A stretch of 64,000 nucleotides of DNA, taken from contig NC_045707.1 of NCBI RefSeq assembly GCF_009834535.1, forward strand, positions 60,452,001 to 60,516,000, in the 5' to 3' direction. Shown piece after piece: positions 26,760 to 38,779 of the stretch (position 1 is the first letter of the stretch; each line of letters begins with the position of its first letter). The notes under the pieces are model-generated. The model was not told where the DNA came from, searched no databases, and saw only the letters and a program-made list of their open reading frames with translations. The position numbers and the translations under genes were made by a program. Origin of the DNA: Camelus ferus (Eukaryota).

Positions 26760-28101
26760 GTAAGTGGCCCCGGGGCTGGACCCCCGGCAGAACTTGTGTG
26801 TCAGAAGCCCCAGCTGACCTGCTTCAGGAAGAACCTGTGACTTTGTTAACAAACACAGTTTCAGCAGCACATGTGCTTTCTGGCTGCTGTCCTCCTGGGC
26901 ACTGCACGTGCTCTGGCCAAGAGCGAGGACCGCAGGGGTGACCCCAGCTCGCAGCCTCCATTCGGAGCTCCCTGTGTTTGTTGTCGTGTCTGTGTTCCTC
27001 CGCTCTCCCAAGGGCTCAGAGTTGTGTTCGGCCTGGCACATCCTAGGGGCTCGGCTCTGATTTCTGGATGAATGGACTGCCCCGCACCCAGCCCAGCTCT
27101 GTCTTGCTGTCCCGGCTCCTTCCCTTTGAAACCTCCTTGCCAGTTGCATGCTGCACGGTCAGTTGAAATTCAGATGTCTCTAAGTTCCAACCCGGTCTTC
27201 ACTGGTAGTGAACATTCAGAGTTGTTTCTTGTTGTCTATATCCTTAATTTGAGGGAAAGGAACTTAGGATGTGAACACCCCATAGAGGCGGTTTGGGAAT
27301 TCCTGGTGTTTATAGATGGAGAATTACCAGAGTGTCTCACAGGCAGGAAGCAGGCCACCAAACAGCACATGCTAGTCTGCTCTGCTCAAAGGATGCTCAG
27401 TACCTGCTGAGGAGACAAAAGGAACAGGAGAGAAGCCCCCTCTCGCCTCTCCCTGCAGATTCGCTCTCAGGACGACTCAGCTGTCAGTCTTAAAACAGGA
27501 GAGCAGCCACTTCAGTTAATCATCTTGTGATCCAAATGACAAAACTTTTCTTCAAGGATTTGTTATGTGAGGCCCCCACCTATCCGTCTCTAGAGTAGTG
27601 TACAGTGAAAATGACTGTTAGAAACTGCATAGCTTAAAAATAAATTTGGTTATGCTAAAGAATAATCTTCAGAAAACACTTGCCTCTCAAATTTTCGTTG
27701 TCCGTCTCCCTCTGAGCACCAGCATTCAAGGCGTCTGGACCTTTTTATAGTTTAACTGCTCTGCACATGACCAGAAACAGACAACAAAGAATAAAAATAC
27801 AACATGAATGTTTGCTCTGTGCGCCCGCATAAAAGCTAGCATTTCTCAGATTTCATTTAACTATTTCTTCTCTTAGAAATTCTTTTTTTTTTTTTTTAGG
27901 GAATCTCTTTTTCAGCAGCTTTGTAACCAAGAGAATATGTGAACAAAGAGGAAAAGCAAATACTGGAGAAACTGTGCTTAGTTTCCTCTAGGTTAAGCCA
28001 TGATGTCTTCACCATAATAAAGTCAGTGTTTATTAAATGTCAGGTTCTTTACTGGTCATTTTTATTACTCCTTCCTAATTATTTGTCTCTGCTGACCAAC
28101 G

Positions 28102-28111
28102 CCTTTTAAGG
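28102..28111. promoter_or_regulatory. CArG box in CSRP2 intron 2
   Basis: CCTTTTAAGG matches CC(A/T)6GG. Confidence 0.4.
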
Positions 28112-28265
28112 AAATAACTTGGAGTAATTTGCAGACGTAGGAGAATTTTACTGCAGAGAAAAGGGACAAGGGCTGGGAGGAGGGCGGTCATTCTGCAGTA
28201 AAATTTTCATATCGTTAAACTTCCTTTGGCTAATAGACATGAGTTTAAAAACAAACAGTATTTTT

Positions 28266-28348
28266 GGGGGGAGGTTATAGCTCGGTAGAGTGCATGTTTA
28301 ACATGCACGAGGTCCTGGGTTCAATCCCTAGTACCTCCATTAAAAAAA
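28266..28348 (+). mobile_element. Camelid tRNA-derived SINE (Vic-1-like), short copy
   Basis: GGGGAGGTTATAGCTCGGTAGAG...CATGCACGAGGTCCTGGGTTCAATCCCTAGTACCTCC plus A tail. Confidence 0.85.
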
Positions 28349-29448
28349 TTTTTTTTCAAATAAAAAGTTTTTATGTATTATTGTCTATTAAGGATGTTTG
28401 TTCTAGAGCAGTGTAAAATTTTAGGTTAACTGTGTCTTTAAGAAAATGTATTTCAGCTACTTGAACCTCAACAGCAAGGTTCAAAAGTAGATGATGTCAT
28501 TCTGTCCTACCAGCGGGGACGTCAGTCTGAGATAAAACTTCATCATCTAACTCTAAAGCAGCCACGAGTCGCCCCTGCCCTTCTCCCCCTCTTCCTTTTT
28601 TCGTTTCTCCCACTCTTTCAAATAAGGGAGGGAGGATCCCCTTTTCTGCCGCCTTGACCTTGGATTTCCTGCTGCCTGATTGTGCTACCAGCGAGCTCTC
28701 TCCCAGGGCTTTCTTTCTCAAGCTTAATTGAAGTTTCAGAAAGTGAAATAATGTCTGGATAAAACATGATGACATTCGGCAGTTTTATGAAGTGGGGTAC
28801 GTGGAAATGCCTTGTGGTAAGAAATCCATCAAGAAAGAATGTGTTCCCCTTTGGGATAGAAGAGAAAACAAATGCAGGCTTTAAACCACCTGACGATTTT
28901 CATACATACTTAGTCTTGATGGAGAAGCCGGTGGCGAGATGAAAGAATACTGCTTTTTCTCTTTGAGACTAGTGATGAAAACTTGAAATTCTGGATTTAA
29001 AACCGTTTTTATGCTTTGTGGGGAAGAGAGGCCGCAGACACAGCTCTCCCAAGGGGCTCCTGCCCTTCTGTTGTTGAACAATACTTGGATGAAACAGTGG
29101 AGTGTTGAGGGTTGGGAGCAAGGGTCTGGGTGCAAAGTGTAGGTTTTGTTCCGTAATTATAGCCATCTCTGAAACTTTTCTCCCTCCGGCCAGAGAGGCA
29201 GGTCATGCTAAAAAGTTTGAGGCTTCAGGATGCTAAAATTCGGATGTATTTCTGGAACAACCAGAGGAAGTTAGAGGAAGGCAAATTGTCCTCAGAGGTA
29301 GCTGAGCCGCCCAGATGCTGTCCTGGGGCTTTTGGGAACCACAGAATGAACCGAGAATATAAGAGAGCCTGTGCCAGGGCCACCATTGTTGTAAGGAGAA
29401 AGGCGTATTGGGCACCTGTTTACAAAGTCTCTCTTTCCCACCCCTCAG

Positions 29449-29617
29449 TGGTTTGCAGGAAAAATTTAGACAGCACAACGGTGGCAATCCACGATGAAGA
29501 GGTCTACTGCAAGTCCTGCTACGGGAAGAAGTACGGGCCGAAGGGCTACGGGTATGGCCAGGGCGCCGGCACGCTCAGCATGGACCGCGGCGAGCGGCTG
29601 GGCATCAAGCCTGAGAG
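29449..29617 (+). CDS. CSRP2: CSRP2 exon 3 ([11 protein letters not shown]...GIKPE), rest of LIM1 plus Gly-rich repeat
   Basis: cctcag|TG ... AG|GTGAGT; 169 nt; phase matches both neighbours. Confidence 0.98.
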
Positions 29618-31468
29618 GTGAGTGAGGGCTGTGCCACCTTTGGAAATGAGTCGTAGCAACTCTTGTTGCTTGGTGAATGGGAATCTGGGGGTTTCCAGAC
29701 TTTTAGCTTAAAGTGAGCATTTCCTTCATGACTCAGATTTTGTAGCGTAAATGACTAATCTTTGCTTGAAATAATTGACACTTGGAGCTGACGAGCATTC
29801 TTATTGATGATTCCGGTGATTTCTGGTCCTGGCTTGTGGCCTTCTGAGGTGTATTAAGGAGTCGTGATGTTCTCAAAAGCGAGTGGCTCACATTTACTTC
29901 TGCTTCATAGCACTTCAAAGACCAGACATCACGAAGTCAAATGATAAAGTTAGTATCAGAGTCATGAGATGCACTTAAATCTCACGCGTAATGAAGCAGT
30001 GAAAATTCCTCGCTCACTCCTTCCATGTAAGAACAAGAATGTCTTCCCACCAAGAAATTACTTTTCTCTAGCTTGAAATTCTTACTTCTTGACCCAATAA
30101 TTCCCTCCTTTGGACTTCACATTTTTCATATCCATTTTATATTGAAGAGGCCAAAATTGTTGTAATTAATAGAATGGCCTTTCCTTGGACAAGACCATTA
30201 ATTGTGCCTTTACTGTGGACTGGACACCATGCGGTAATCCACAGTAACTCATGTGATCCTCACTCTCTATGAGATGTTGCTCATCTCACTCAAGAATAAA
30301 TTGAGACAGTGAGAATTAAGTGATTTGCCTAAAGTCACACTGTTAGTTAATTGCAGAGCCTGGAACTTAACCTAGTGTAACTGCAAAGCTTATGATCTTA
30401 GGCACAGTGCATTACGGTAAGCCTGAAATAATTATGTCTGCTGAACATTTATGTTCATTCTATGTAATCTTCACAGTGACTCTGAGTTTAGATACTTTGT
30501 CCCTGTCTTATAGATAGGACACTAAGGCTCAGGTCACCCAGATAACGTGGCAGAACCAGGATTTGAACTTCCATCCATCTGGTCCCTAGACTCGTGCTCT
30601 TTCCACTGCACCTCTCTGTCCTGCATTTTTTCCGGTCACTTTCTGAGCGTTGGTTCCTTGCTGTGCCTCAGTTGTATGAGGGCAGACTCACTCCCTGCTG
30701 TGTGCTGTCACCTGCAGGAGCCCGGTTTACCTTGGACTTTGTTCAAGTTCATTGTTCTTGTTCTGCTCTCCTTTTCCAAGTTGTTAAAATCCATTCTTGT
30801 TTCCCAAGATTTTATTTGAAACCTTTCAAGACACATACACCTGTACACACTCCTCCCAAACAAAACCAGATTCATCCATTGCCTGAAAAGTGAATCGGTG
30901 GTTGCCATAGTTTTAAAAGACCAGGGGACCCTCTTGTCTATCTCCCTCTGCTTCTCCACCTTCTCCAGGGACTGGCCAGCCCTCTGTGCTGACCTGTGTC
31001 CATCTGTGCCCTTGCCTCTTCCCTTTCGAGCCTGGCCACATGCTACTCACCCTGCAGGACCGTGTAGGGAAGCCGTTCTTAATGAACTCTGGGAGCACCT
31101 GTGGTCTGGACCGCCCTGTGTGGCAGGTGGTCGTTACCGGGACCCAGCGATTTCAGGAGGGTCTCTTGAAGAGGCAGCATTTTCACCAAGGCAGACCTGC
31201 ATTTTTTAGGTCAGGCTCACCAGTTTACTAATCCTCCAGCCCTTCAGCAAGTTATTTAACATCTAGGCCCCTGTTTCTTCTTCTGTCCTGTGAGGTAACA
31301 GTTAGCCATACCTTAACGAGGTTGTCGGAAGGGAGGTAGGAGGTAATCCATATGAAGTTCTTCTCAGTATGATTGGCAGGTTTTGAAATTTTTCTTGGGA
31401 AACTCCTAACTGCAAGCATTGGATGTCATTGTGAATAGCTCTTAAAGATCACTTTTGAAAGTTAAGTA

Positions 31469-31775
31469 CAGGAGTCCCTTGGTATCTGCAGGGGATTGGT
31501 TCCAAATTGATACCAAAATCCAAGGATGCTCAGATCTCTTATATAAGACAGTGTAGTATCTGCATGTGACCTACACACGTCCTCTCAGGTATGCTGTCAT
31601 CTCTAGATTACTTACAACACGTATTACAATGGAAGTGCTATGGAAATAGTTGCTGGTATGTGACAAATTCAGGTTTTGCTTCTTGGAACTTTCTGGAATT
31701 TTTTTCTTGAATATGTTTGATCCAAGATTGGATGAATCTATGGATGCAGAAGTCATGGGTAAAGAGGGCTGACTG
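31469..31775 (+). mobile_element. MER2-like TcMar-Tigger MITE
   Basis: CAGGAGTCCCTTGGTATCTGCAGGGGATTGGTTCCA ... GAGGGCTGACTG. Confidence 0.75.
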
Positions 31776-32963
31776 GAGGTATACAATAGGTTGTGGAGTT
31801 TTTTTTAAAAAATAGCCCCATATTAGGGACAATGGGAAAATCCAGTCCCGTGAATTAGTACTGTGAATTGATATTTGTTGCTTAGAATAAAATTTCCAGT
31901 GGCCACGTCAAACATGATTCAAAAAATGATACATATTAACTTAGGTGAAAGTGTAGGAAACCATTAAATAACCAAAAAGTGGAGGTGCTGGAGATGAAGA
32001 CATTGAAGGTACATGTGAAGAGTTTGATAAATTGCTTTATGAAAAGGCAGCATGTCTAAATTAATGTTTTAAGTATGTATGTAACATCTAATAAAATCTA
32101 ACTAGGACAAAAGTGTTTCTCTAGTAGGAAAAACTGACACCTCGCCACCTCTTGCTGAGTGCTGTTTTCTGTCATATCTTATCTACTCAGCCTGCTTGTA
32201 AGGTTTTACAAGAGCCTTTAAATCTTTTCAAAGCCCAGAATGGTGTTCGGCATGGTAGGGTACACCTACATATTGAATGAAAATACATTACAGAAAGCGA
32301 GGAAAATATGGTTTACCTAGTGACCTGAAAATACTGATGAAAACAAGACTCTACAGAGAAAAAGTAAAGATAAAAAGGTCACGTAGTAATAGGCAGACTT
32401 TCTAAAATACTTTTGCGTGAAAAAAGTAATTTATTGACACTTTCCCCTAATGTCCTGCGAAATTAAGTGATCTGTAAAACATGCTTCAGTTTCTTAATTA
32501 CTGTGTAGGTCATCTGACCTATTTGCAGAAACTTAACTGCTTCAGTTACCACTGATTTTTCTATCTCCTGTGAAGTAAAAAGCCAGCTGTGATTCCAGGG
32601 GTAGTATAAATGATAATAATACTATGAATGTGGGGTGAAAATAAGTGCCGTGGCAGGCTTTATAAAGCACAGCATGATTGTTTAGTGGAGAGGTTAGCAC
32701 AGTGGATTCTGATGAGTTTAGACTCAGAGGGACACATATTTAAGTCTGGGGCCTAGTCTGTCTTTTTGTAACTACAGCGAGCCCATTAACAGGTTGAAAT
32801 AGTAACTGGCCCACCCCTGAGATTTCTTTCTTCTTTCCCCTGCACTGGCCCGGAGGCCTCCAGCCTAGGGACGGGATACCAGCATTCCGATGTGCCTGCC
32901 TGTGGACTTACAATGATTCTTTGGAAAATTCTGCCTAATTCCTTTTTTCCTCTTTTCCACAAG

Positions 32964-33093
32964 TGTTCAACCTCACAGGCCCACAACAAATCCAAACACT
33001 TCTAAATTTGCTCAGAAATACGGAGGGGCTGAGAAGTGTTCCAGATGTGGGGATTCCGTATACGCTGCCGAGAAGATTATTGGAGCTGGAAAG
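32964..33093 (+). CDS. CSRP2: CSRP2 exon 4 (SVQPHRPTT...IIGAGK), linker and start of LIM2
   Basis: Pyrimidine tract plus acaag|T ... AAG|GTGAGT; 130 nt. Confidence 0.97.
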
Positions 33094-33761
33094 GTGAGTG
33101 CCGGCCTGAAGTACTAACAGTGAAGGACTTAACTCTCCGCTCCCTTTCTCCCCCGACCCCTGCGCAGTCCACTCGGGAGCTCTGTCTTATAGTTTTTCTT
33201 AATCCAATTTCCATCTGAATCATTCATTTTGTTTCCTATCTTCGTTTAAAAGGAACTTGTTTTCAGAGGTGGGGTTGCTTCCTGAAGGTTGTTCACAAAA
33301 AAGGCCAGGCTGTTTAACAGATCCGGACTCTGCAGGTTTTTCACTGTAGTGGGGTGGGGATGGGGTGGGGCAGTGAGATTGAGAGGGCGCAGTGAACTAG
33401 TCAGGACACCTGGTTTGGAAAAGTCACTTCACCACTTCACCTCTTGGAGCTGCAGGGTTCTCGGCCATAAAGGAGGCAGTCTGTAGAGAAGCACGCTGGG
33501 CTTGCAGCGAGGTGTGCGACAGCAGCTAGGGAAATGGCCCATCCGTGGTGCAGCTCCCAGTCCACATCCTCTGGAATGAAGTCTGAACTCAGCCCTTTGC
33601 AGGCAGCCAAGAATGTCGACACTGGAGGGGCCAGTTCAGTCTTCCGGTGGGGACGCTCTGCAGCAGTCAGGAGCTCGGGGGTCGATCTTCCTGAGCCACC
33701 TGCCACATCTAAACTGTCCTGCAGGAACACGGCCTCTCAGACTTTCATTTCTCTCTTCCAG

Positions 33762-33855
33762 CCCTGGCACAAAAACTGTTTCCGATGTGCCAAGTGTGGG
33801 AAGAGTCTTGAGTCAACCACTCTGACTGAGAAAGAAGGTGAAATCTATTGTAAAG
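33762..33855 (+). CDS. CSRP2: CSRP2 exon 5 ([12 protein letters not shown]...EIYCK)
   Basis: ttccag|CCC ... G|GTAAAA; 94 nt. Confidence 0.98.
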
Positions 33856-34421
33856 GTAAAATTAATTTCAGTTATTGCTACCCAGATAAATATCCTGCAT
33901 TGGCTACTAGAGAAGGAAATGTCACCAGCATAAAGCAAAAACAAAACCAAAAGTACTCTGAAAATGAGGAAAAAGTAGGATAGTGCCACTGGGTATTTGA
34001 AAATACAAGATCTAGAGATGCTCACAAGATGAGAGGAAACCACAGAACATTCGTGATGATAGTGAGTTAAGTTCCTGGTCCTGTAAAACTCCCCTACAAA
34101 TACAATTTTCAACTTAATGTTTTAAGCAAAGCATGTGAATATATGAAGGTAGTAGACAAACATACAACTCGCCTGACCTGATTTGCATACTTATAACCCA
34201 GTCAGGACCACGAACTGACTACTGTGGAACCAGAATGCCCGGACTTGCCTCTGCAGCTTTAAGACAGTTACTACCTGGCACATTTCACATTTTGAATAAG
34301 TTGAACTCTTTTTGGCATAGCCAGAGGTAGTTTTAATTTGTAGGGGTTTGTTGTTGGCCTTAAGCAGTGCTGCTGGCAAAGCTTAATGGACTTGTACCAA
34401 TTCTTCCCTTTTCTTCTGTAG

Positions 34422-34498
34422 GATGCTATGCGAAGAACTTTGGGCCCAAGGGATTTGGCTATGGCCAAGGAGCAGGAGCCCTTGTCCATGCTCAGTAG
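34422..34498 (+). CDS. CSRP2: CSRP2 exon 6 coding part ([25 protein letters not shown])
   Basis: ctgtag|GA; TAG at 34496-34498. Total CDS 112+169+130+94+77=582 nt = 193 aa plus stop. Confidence 0.98.
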
Positions 34499-34708
34499 AG
34501 GTGCAAACCCGGAATGGAGATCACACACTGAGAATCTCTGCAAAATCCAGGCACAGATTATCTAACACTAAACTACTGTGAAATTCTACCAGTACTTAAG
34601 TACTGTATGTTGCCCTGTACTTGGATAGGCCGGCGGACTAGGAAGAGAGCACTGTGGCCTTTTGCTTTTATTCATCAGCATGTCAAAAACCATGTCTTTT
34701 ACATTTTA

Positions 34709-34714
34709 AATAAA
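34709..34714 (+). terminator. CSRP2: CSRP2 polyadenylation signal
   Basis: AATAAA ~210 nt after the stop, followed by a GT-rich element (GGTGTTCAGTGTCTTT) at ~34731. Confidence 0.85.
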
Positions 34715-35891
34715 ACTTCAGCTTGATCTGGGTGTTCAGTGTCTTTCAGTTAACCTTTTGGAGGAGCTGTTGTGATCTTGGTTAGTGGAAAATCCTTTGG
34801 GTCCCCACCTGCATTTTTATTGGTTAAAGAGAGTCCACCCCATTACGCAGCTGACTCACTAGGTTAATGTTTGCATTATGGCAAGTTGGCCTCCCCAGTG
34901 AGGGTTGCTAGGCAACGGGCCCGGCCATCCCAGCTCTTCACAGCTGGCATTCAGCCGCACAGAATTCCTGCCTGCCTGCCCCATTCGAGCCTGGTGGTTA
35001 CTCATCACTTGTCGGGAGCAGTCTCCTAAAGCATGGCCCCAGGTCCACCCGCACTATAGTCACCTGGGTGTTAAAAAGGCAGATCTTGAGGCCCCACTTC
35101 AGCCCTACAAACCAGAATCTCTAGGTGGGGGTGGGGGGCACAGAATTCCTTCTAACAAGCTCCTCAGAAAGGCACACTGACCTGGGAGTGCGCACACGGT
35201 TAAACAAAACACTTAAAAATTCTATTGATTTATCTGTACCCAAAGATCATGACAGTTACCTACAGACAGCTATAGAATCTGAGGCTTAGCGTGACTTTAA
35301 CTTTTTAGACCCCCCACTCTCATCTGATGGTTACTTACCAATCCTCGAAACGGGTGATTTTTCTCACAGATTTCAATTCTGCAGAATTAGTGCTGAATGT
35401 TGTGTTGTCCTGGCACATTCAGCTGGCTCAGGTAGAAAAGGAATATTAGACCATGTAAGGAATATTTTCATTATTTCTCCAGGAACTTTTAGTTCATTAC
35501 CAAAGATTCAATCCAACCATTTACTTTTCAGGGTGAGGGTGTGAAATGGGTCTGTAACGTGTTTGTAAAATTGAATCAGCCAAGTCTTTGCACACATCTT
35601 CATCTTCTAAAGCCTATTTTAACATAGTTTTACTTATTTTGAAAAGCTAAAGGGGGTGTGTTATGTATGATATATATATATATATATATAAGCAGAAACT
35701 TAGTGGGAAAAAGTTGATTGAGGGTATACTGGGGGAAAGAATTCATAGCCTTGAGCACTTCACATGTTTCAGAAGGCACAGTACATCATGGGAGAAGGAA
35801 GGGCCTTTCTGCTAAGCATGCTGCAGAATTTAATTGACTAAGGGAATAGGCTGAACTTAAGAATAATTATGGAGTAAATTCTGATTCATTC

Positions 35892-36384
35892 TGTGGTAGT
35901 TTCAAACATGCACATAAATTCTTTTGATATTCCCATCAAAAGATGGAGTCTAATTCCCCTCCGTTTGAATAAAGGTCAATCTTAGTGATTCATTTTTAAC
36001 TAACAGAGTGTGATGGACCAGGCTAGATTAGAAGCGACTACAGCTTTTGCCTGCCTCTTTCTCTCAGGATGCTCACTCTCGGAACTCAGCCTTGGTGTTT
36101 TGAGGAAGCCCAGACGACACGGGGAGGCCACATGTAGGTACTGCAGCCGTAACCTCATCTAAGATCTACCTCATCAGCCAGTATCAACTCACAGACGTGT
36201 GAATGCGTGAGCATTCAGACTGTTCCAGTCCCCAGTTTTTGAACCATCCCAGCTGATGCCAAGTGGAGTGGAGTGAGCTATTCCTGTTGAGTCCTGATTA
36301 AGTTGCAGATCTGTGAACAAAAATACCATTTTAATCCACTAAATTTTTTGGTGGTTTGTAAAGGCAGCTGTGGACAACCAGAAT
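35892..36384 (+). mobile_element. MLT1 (G/H-like) LTR
   Basis: TGTGGTAG...TTTTAATCCACTAAATTTTTTGGTGGTTTGT...ACAACCAGAA. Confidence 0.7.
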
Positions 36385-36887
36385 GTTATATAATCCGTTC
36401 CCACACAGCCACCACTTCCCATACCTACCATGTTTCCCAAATTGTATTGGAGATGCCACCAGGTATCTGAGAGAAAAAATGCTTTACATGAGTTGTTACC
36501 TGATAATTAGAAATTTCTGCCTGATAAGGTTTAGGCCCCCACTCATAATTAAAATTATTCTTAAATTGGGAGCCATGGCAAAACAGCTGCTCCAAAACTG
36601 TAATAGCTTCTAGTGGTACTAGGAGTGGGAAATGGAATTTGGCTTCGGGCAGGCTCTGTTCTGGGAGGAATCACTTTTATCATTTGTTTTTAAGTCAGTA
36701 AGCTAGCTTGAGTCCAAATGTGGTATTAAATTTCCTCATGGTAAATATTTTTGTTTAAAAAGTTTTTTTTGTTTTAAAAATGACCCACTTGGGACATTTT
36801 CAGCCCCTTGTGGTGGTCTCGTACATTCAGGGAGGACTGCTGGCAACTCTAGTTCTAGAAAGTCATGATCAATTAAGTTTAAGGAGC

Positions 36888-36942
36888 TATCTATCTATCT
36901 ACATACCTACCTATCTACCTACTTATCTACCTACCTACCTAT
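36888..36942 (+). repeat. (TATC/TACC)n tetranucleotide microsatellite
   Basis: Directly visible. Confidence 0.9.
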
Positions 36943-37234
36943 CTTCCTGTAGAGTCACAGTACACACTAGCCTACTGAGGGCTTTGAGATCTTATGGTTA
37001 AGAAGTCTGTTTTAACTTGAAGAAAGCCTTGCACTGAATTTGTTGTCCATGGAACCACTAATATCTCAAGGAACACTGGGAAATGTTGGCCTAGACCATT
37101 GGTTCTCAAATTTTTGGGTCTCAGGACCTCTTCAGATTCTTCAATTACTAAGGACCCCAAAGGGTTTTTTTTTTTTTTGACAGTTAAATCTATCATTTTC
37201 TATATTAGAAATTAAAATTAAAAAAAATTAATTC

Positions 37235-38170
37235 AGACCTCCATGTACAGCCAAGTTGAAGTAACAGGAACCAGATTCATCCTCACTTGAAAAAAACCAA
37301 AGACACAAATTACATGAAAAAATCCGGTTTTCAAAACACTTGACAATAAGCAACAAAGGACAGTTATGGGGAAAACGACACCAGTCTTAGGATTAGCAAG
37401 CTTACTCTTTTCAGAGTTTCCAAGCTATAATGCAAGGAGGGAGAATACAGGGGCACACTGCAATTGAGAAGACAGAGCTGAGCGTCCAGAGAAACCACAG
37501 CAGCTAGAATTGTAGGGACTGGAGAGAGCTGTACAGAAAAAGAACTTCAGAAATTTGCAGAGCACCACCCAGCCCCCACCTTGCAAGTCATCAGGTGAGC
37601 TGCATTCTGATTGCATATGCATGTGAGGTAACTACCTAAGATTATGGGGAAAAAACATCTGAAACATTCAGGACAGTGTCTGGTGCTCATATGGAGCCAG
37701 GAACAGTGCCCATTCTCACCCGTGAGATTGGGAAACGGGATTCATGAAGCTTGGGATGGAATACACAGGTCTTGTCTCAGTAATGGGGAACAATTAACCC
37801 TAAGCTGAACACTGCTCTGGTCCTGCCTTACAAATCTTGCCTAACAGCAAAACCTGCATCCTGAAACAAAGCTCTGGTATTTTTATAGTATTTTTATAAC
37901 AATACAAAAATATCCAGGACTCAATTCATAGTGTCTGGCATTCAATCAAAAATTACCAGGTATGGACAGAAGCAGGAAGATACGATCCATAATGATGAAG
38001 AAAAATTTACCAAAACCAACCCAGACCTGATATACGCATATGAAAATTAGCAAGTAAGGATATTAAAACAGATTAATTATAACTGTATGCTCTATTTTCA
38101 AAAAGTTGAGACATAGAAAAAATGGTCCAAAGTCAAACATTATAGGTGAAAACTAGAATGTGGGAGATAA
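37235..38170 (+). mobile_element. Old L1 (L1MC/MD-like) 5' region fragment between the two genes
   Basis: CCGGTTTTCAAAACACTTGACA...TCTGGCATTCAATCAAAAATTACCAGG motifs. Confidence 0.6.
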
Positions 38171-38779
38171 CCTGTTCAAACTATTGTTACCAGAGTTCTA
38201 CACAGCTCTGGAGGCATTACTTACAATACAGTAAAATAATTATGAAATGAGTATTAGTCCAACCTGAAAATATTTGTTTAATACCACTGAGTATTAATTA
38301 AACCAATCAATGAAACCATTAATAATCATCTGAACAACAGGAAAGGGTTCCTCTATAATTTTCCCTTTGTAAATCCCCAAATAAAGCTTTCTTTGTCATG
38401 CATAACTTCTCAAGTAACTGAAACCAATGTTTGGTAGGTTTCATTTTCCAATATTTTACTGCAGTCTTCTAGACATATTTAGGTTTAAATCTTAAGAGAT
38501 TCATATAGTCTCTGAGGATCCTAATTAAACCCATGGAATCCAAAATTCTTAAAGAAAAATTTATTCTCTTATTTAAAAAAATTAATCACACACAGAGAAG
38601 TGGAGATTTTTTTTTTAAAGAATATTACCACCAGCTTCTACTTTTGCCAATTTCTAGTCTTGCCACTTGATTCCTAGTTGACCCAGATGTAAAAATACAA
38701 AATAATTTTTTCATATCATTGGTACCACTACCAGTGTTTCATCAATTTCCTGAAGTGAACTGAGAAAAATAACAAACAC

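Noticed and set aside
26342..26941. 199-aa ORF suggesting an N-terminally extended CSRP2
   Set aside because: Starts at GTG in intron 1 and reads through both splice sites; only 26648-26759 is coding.
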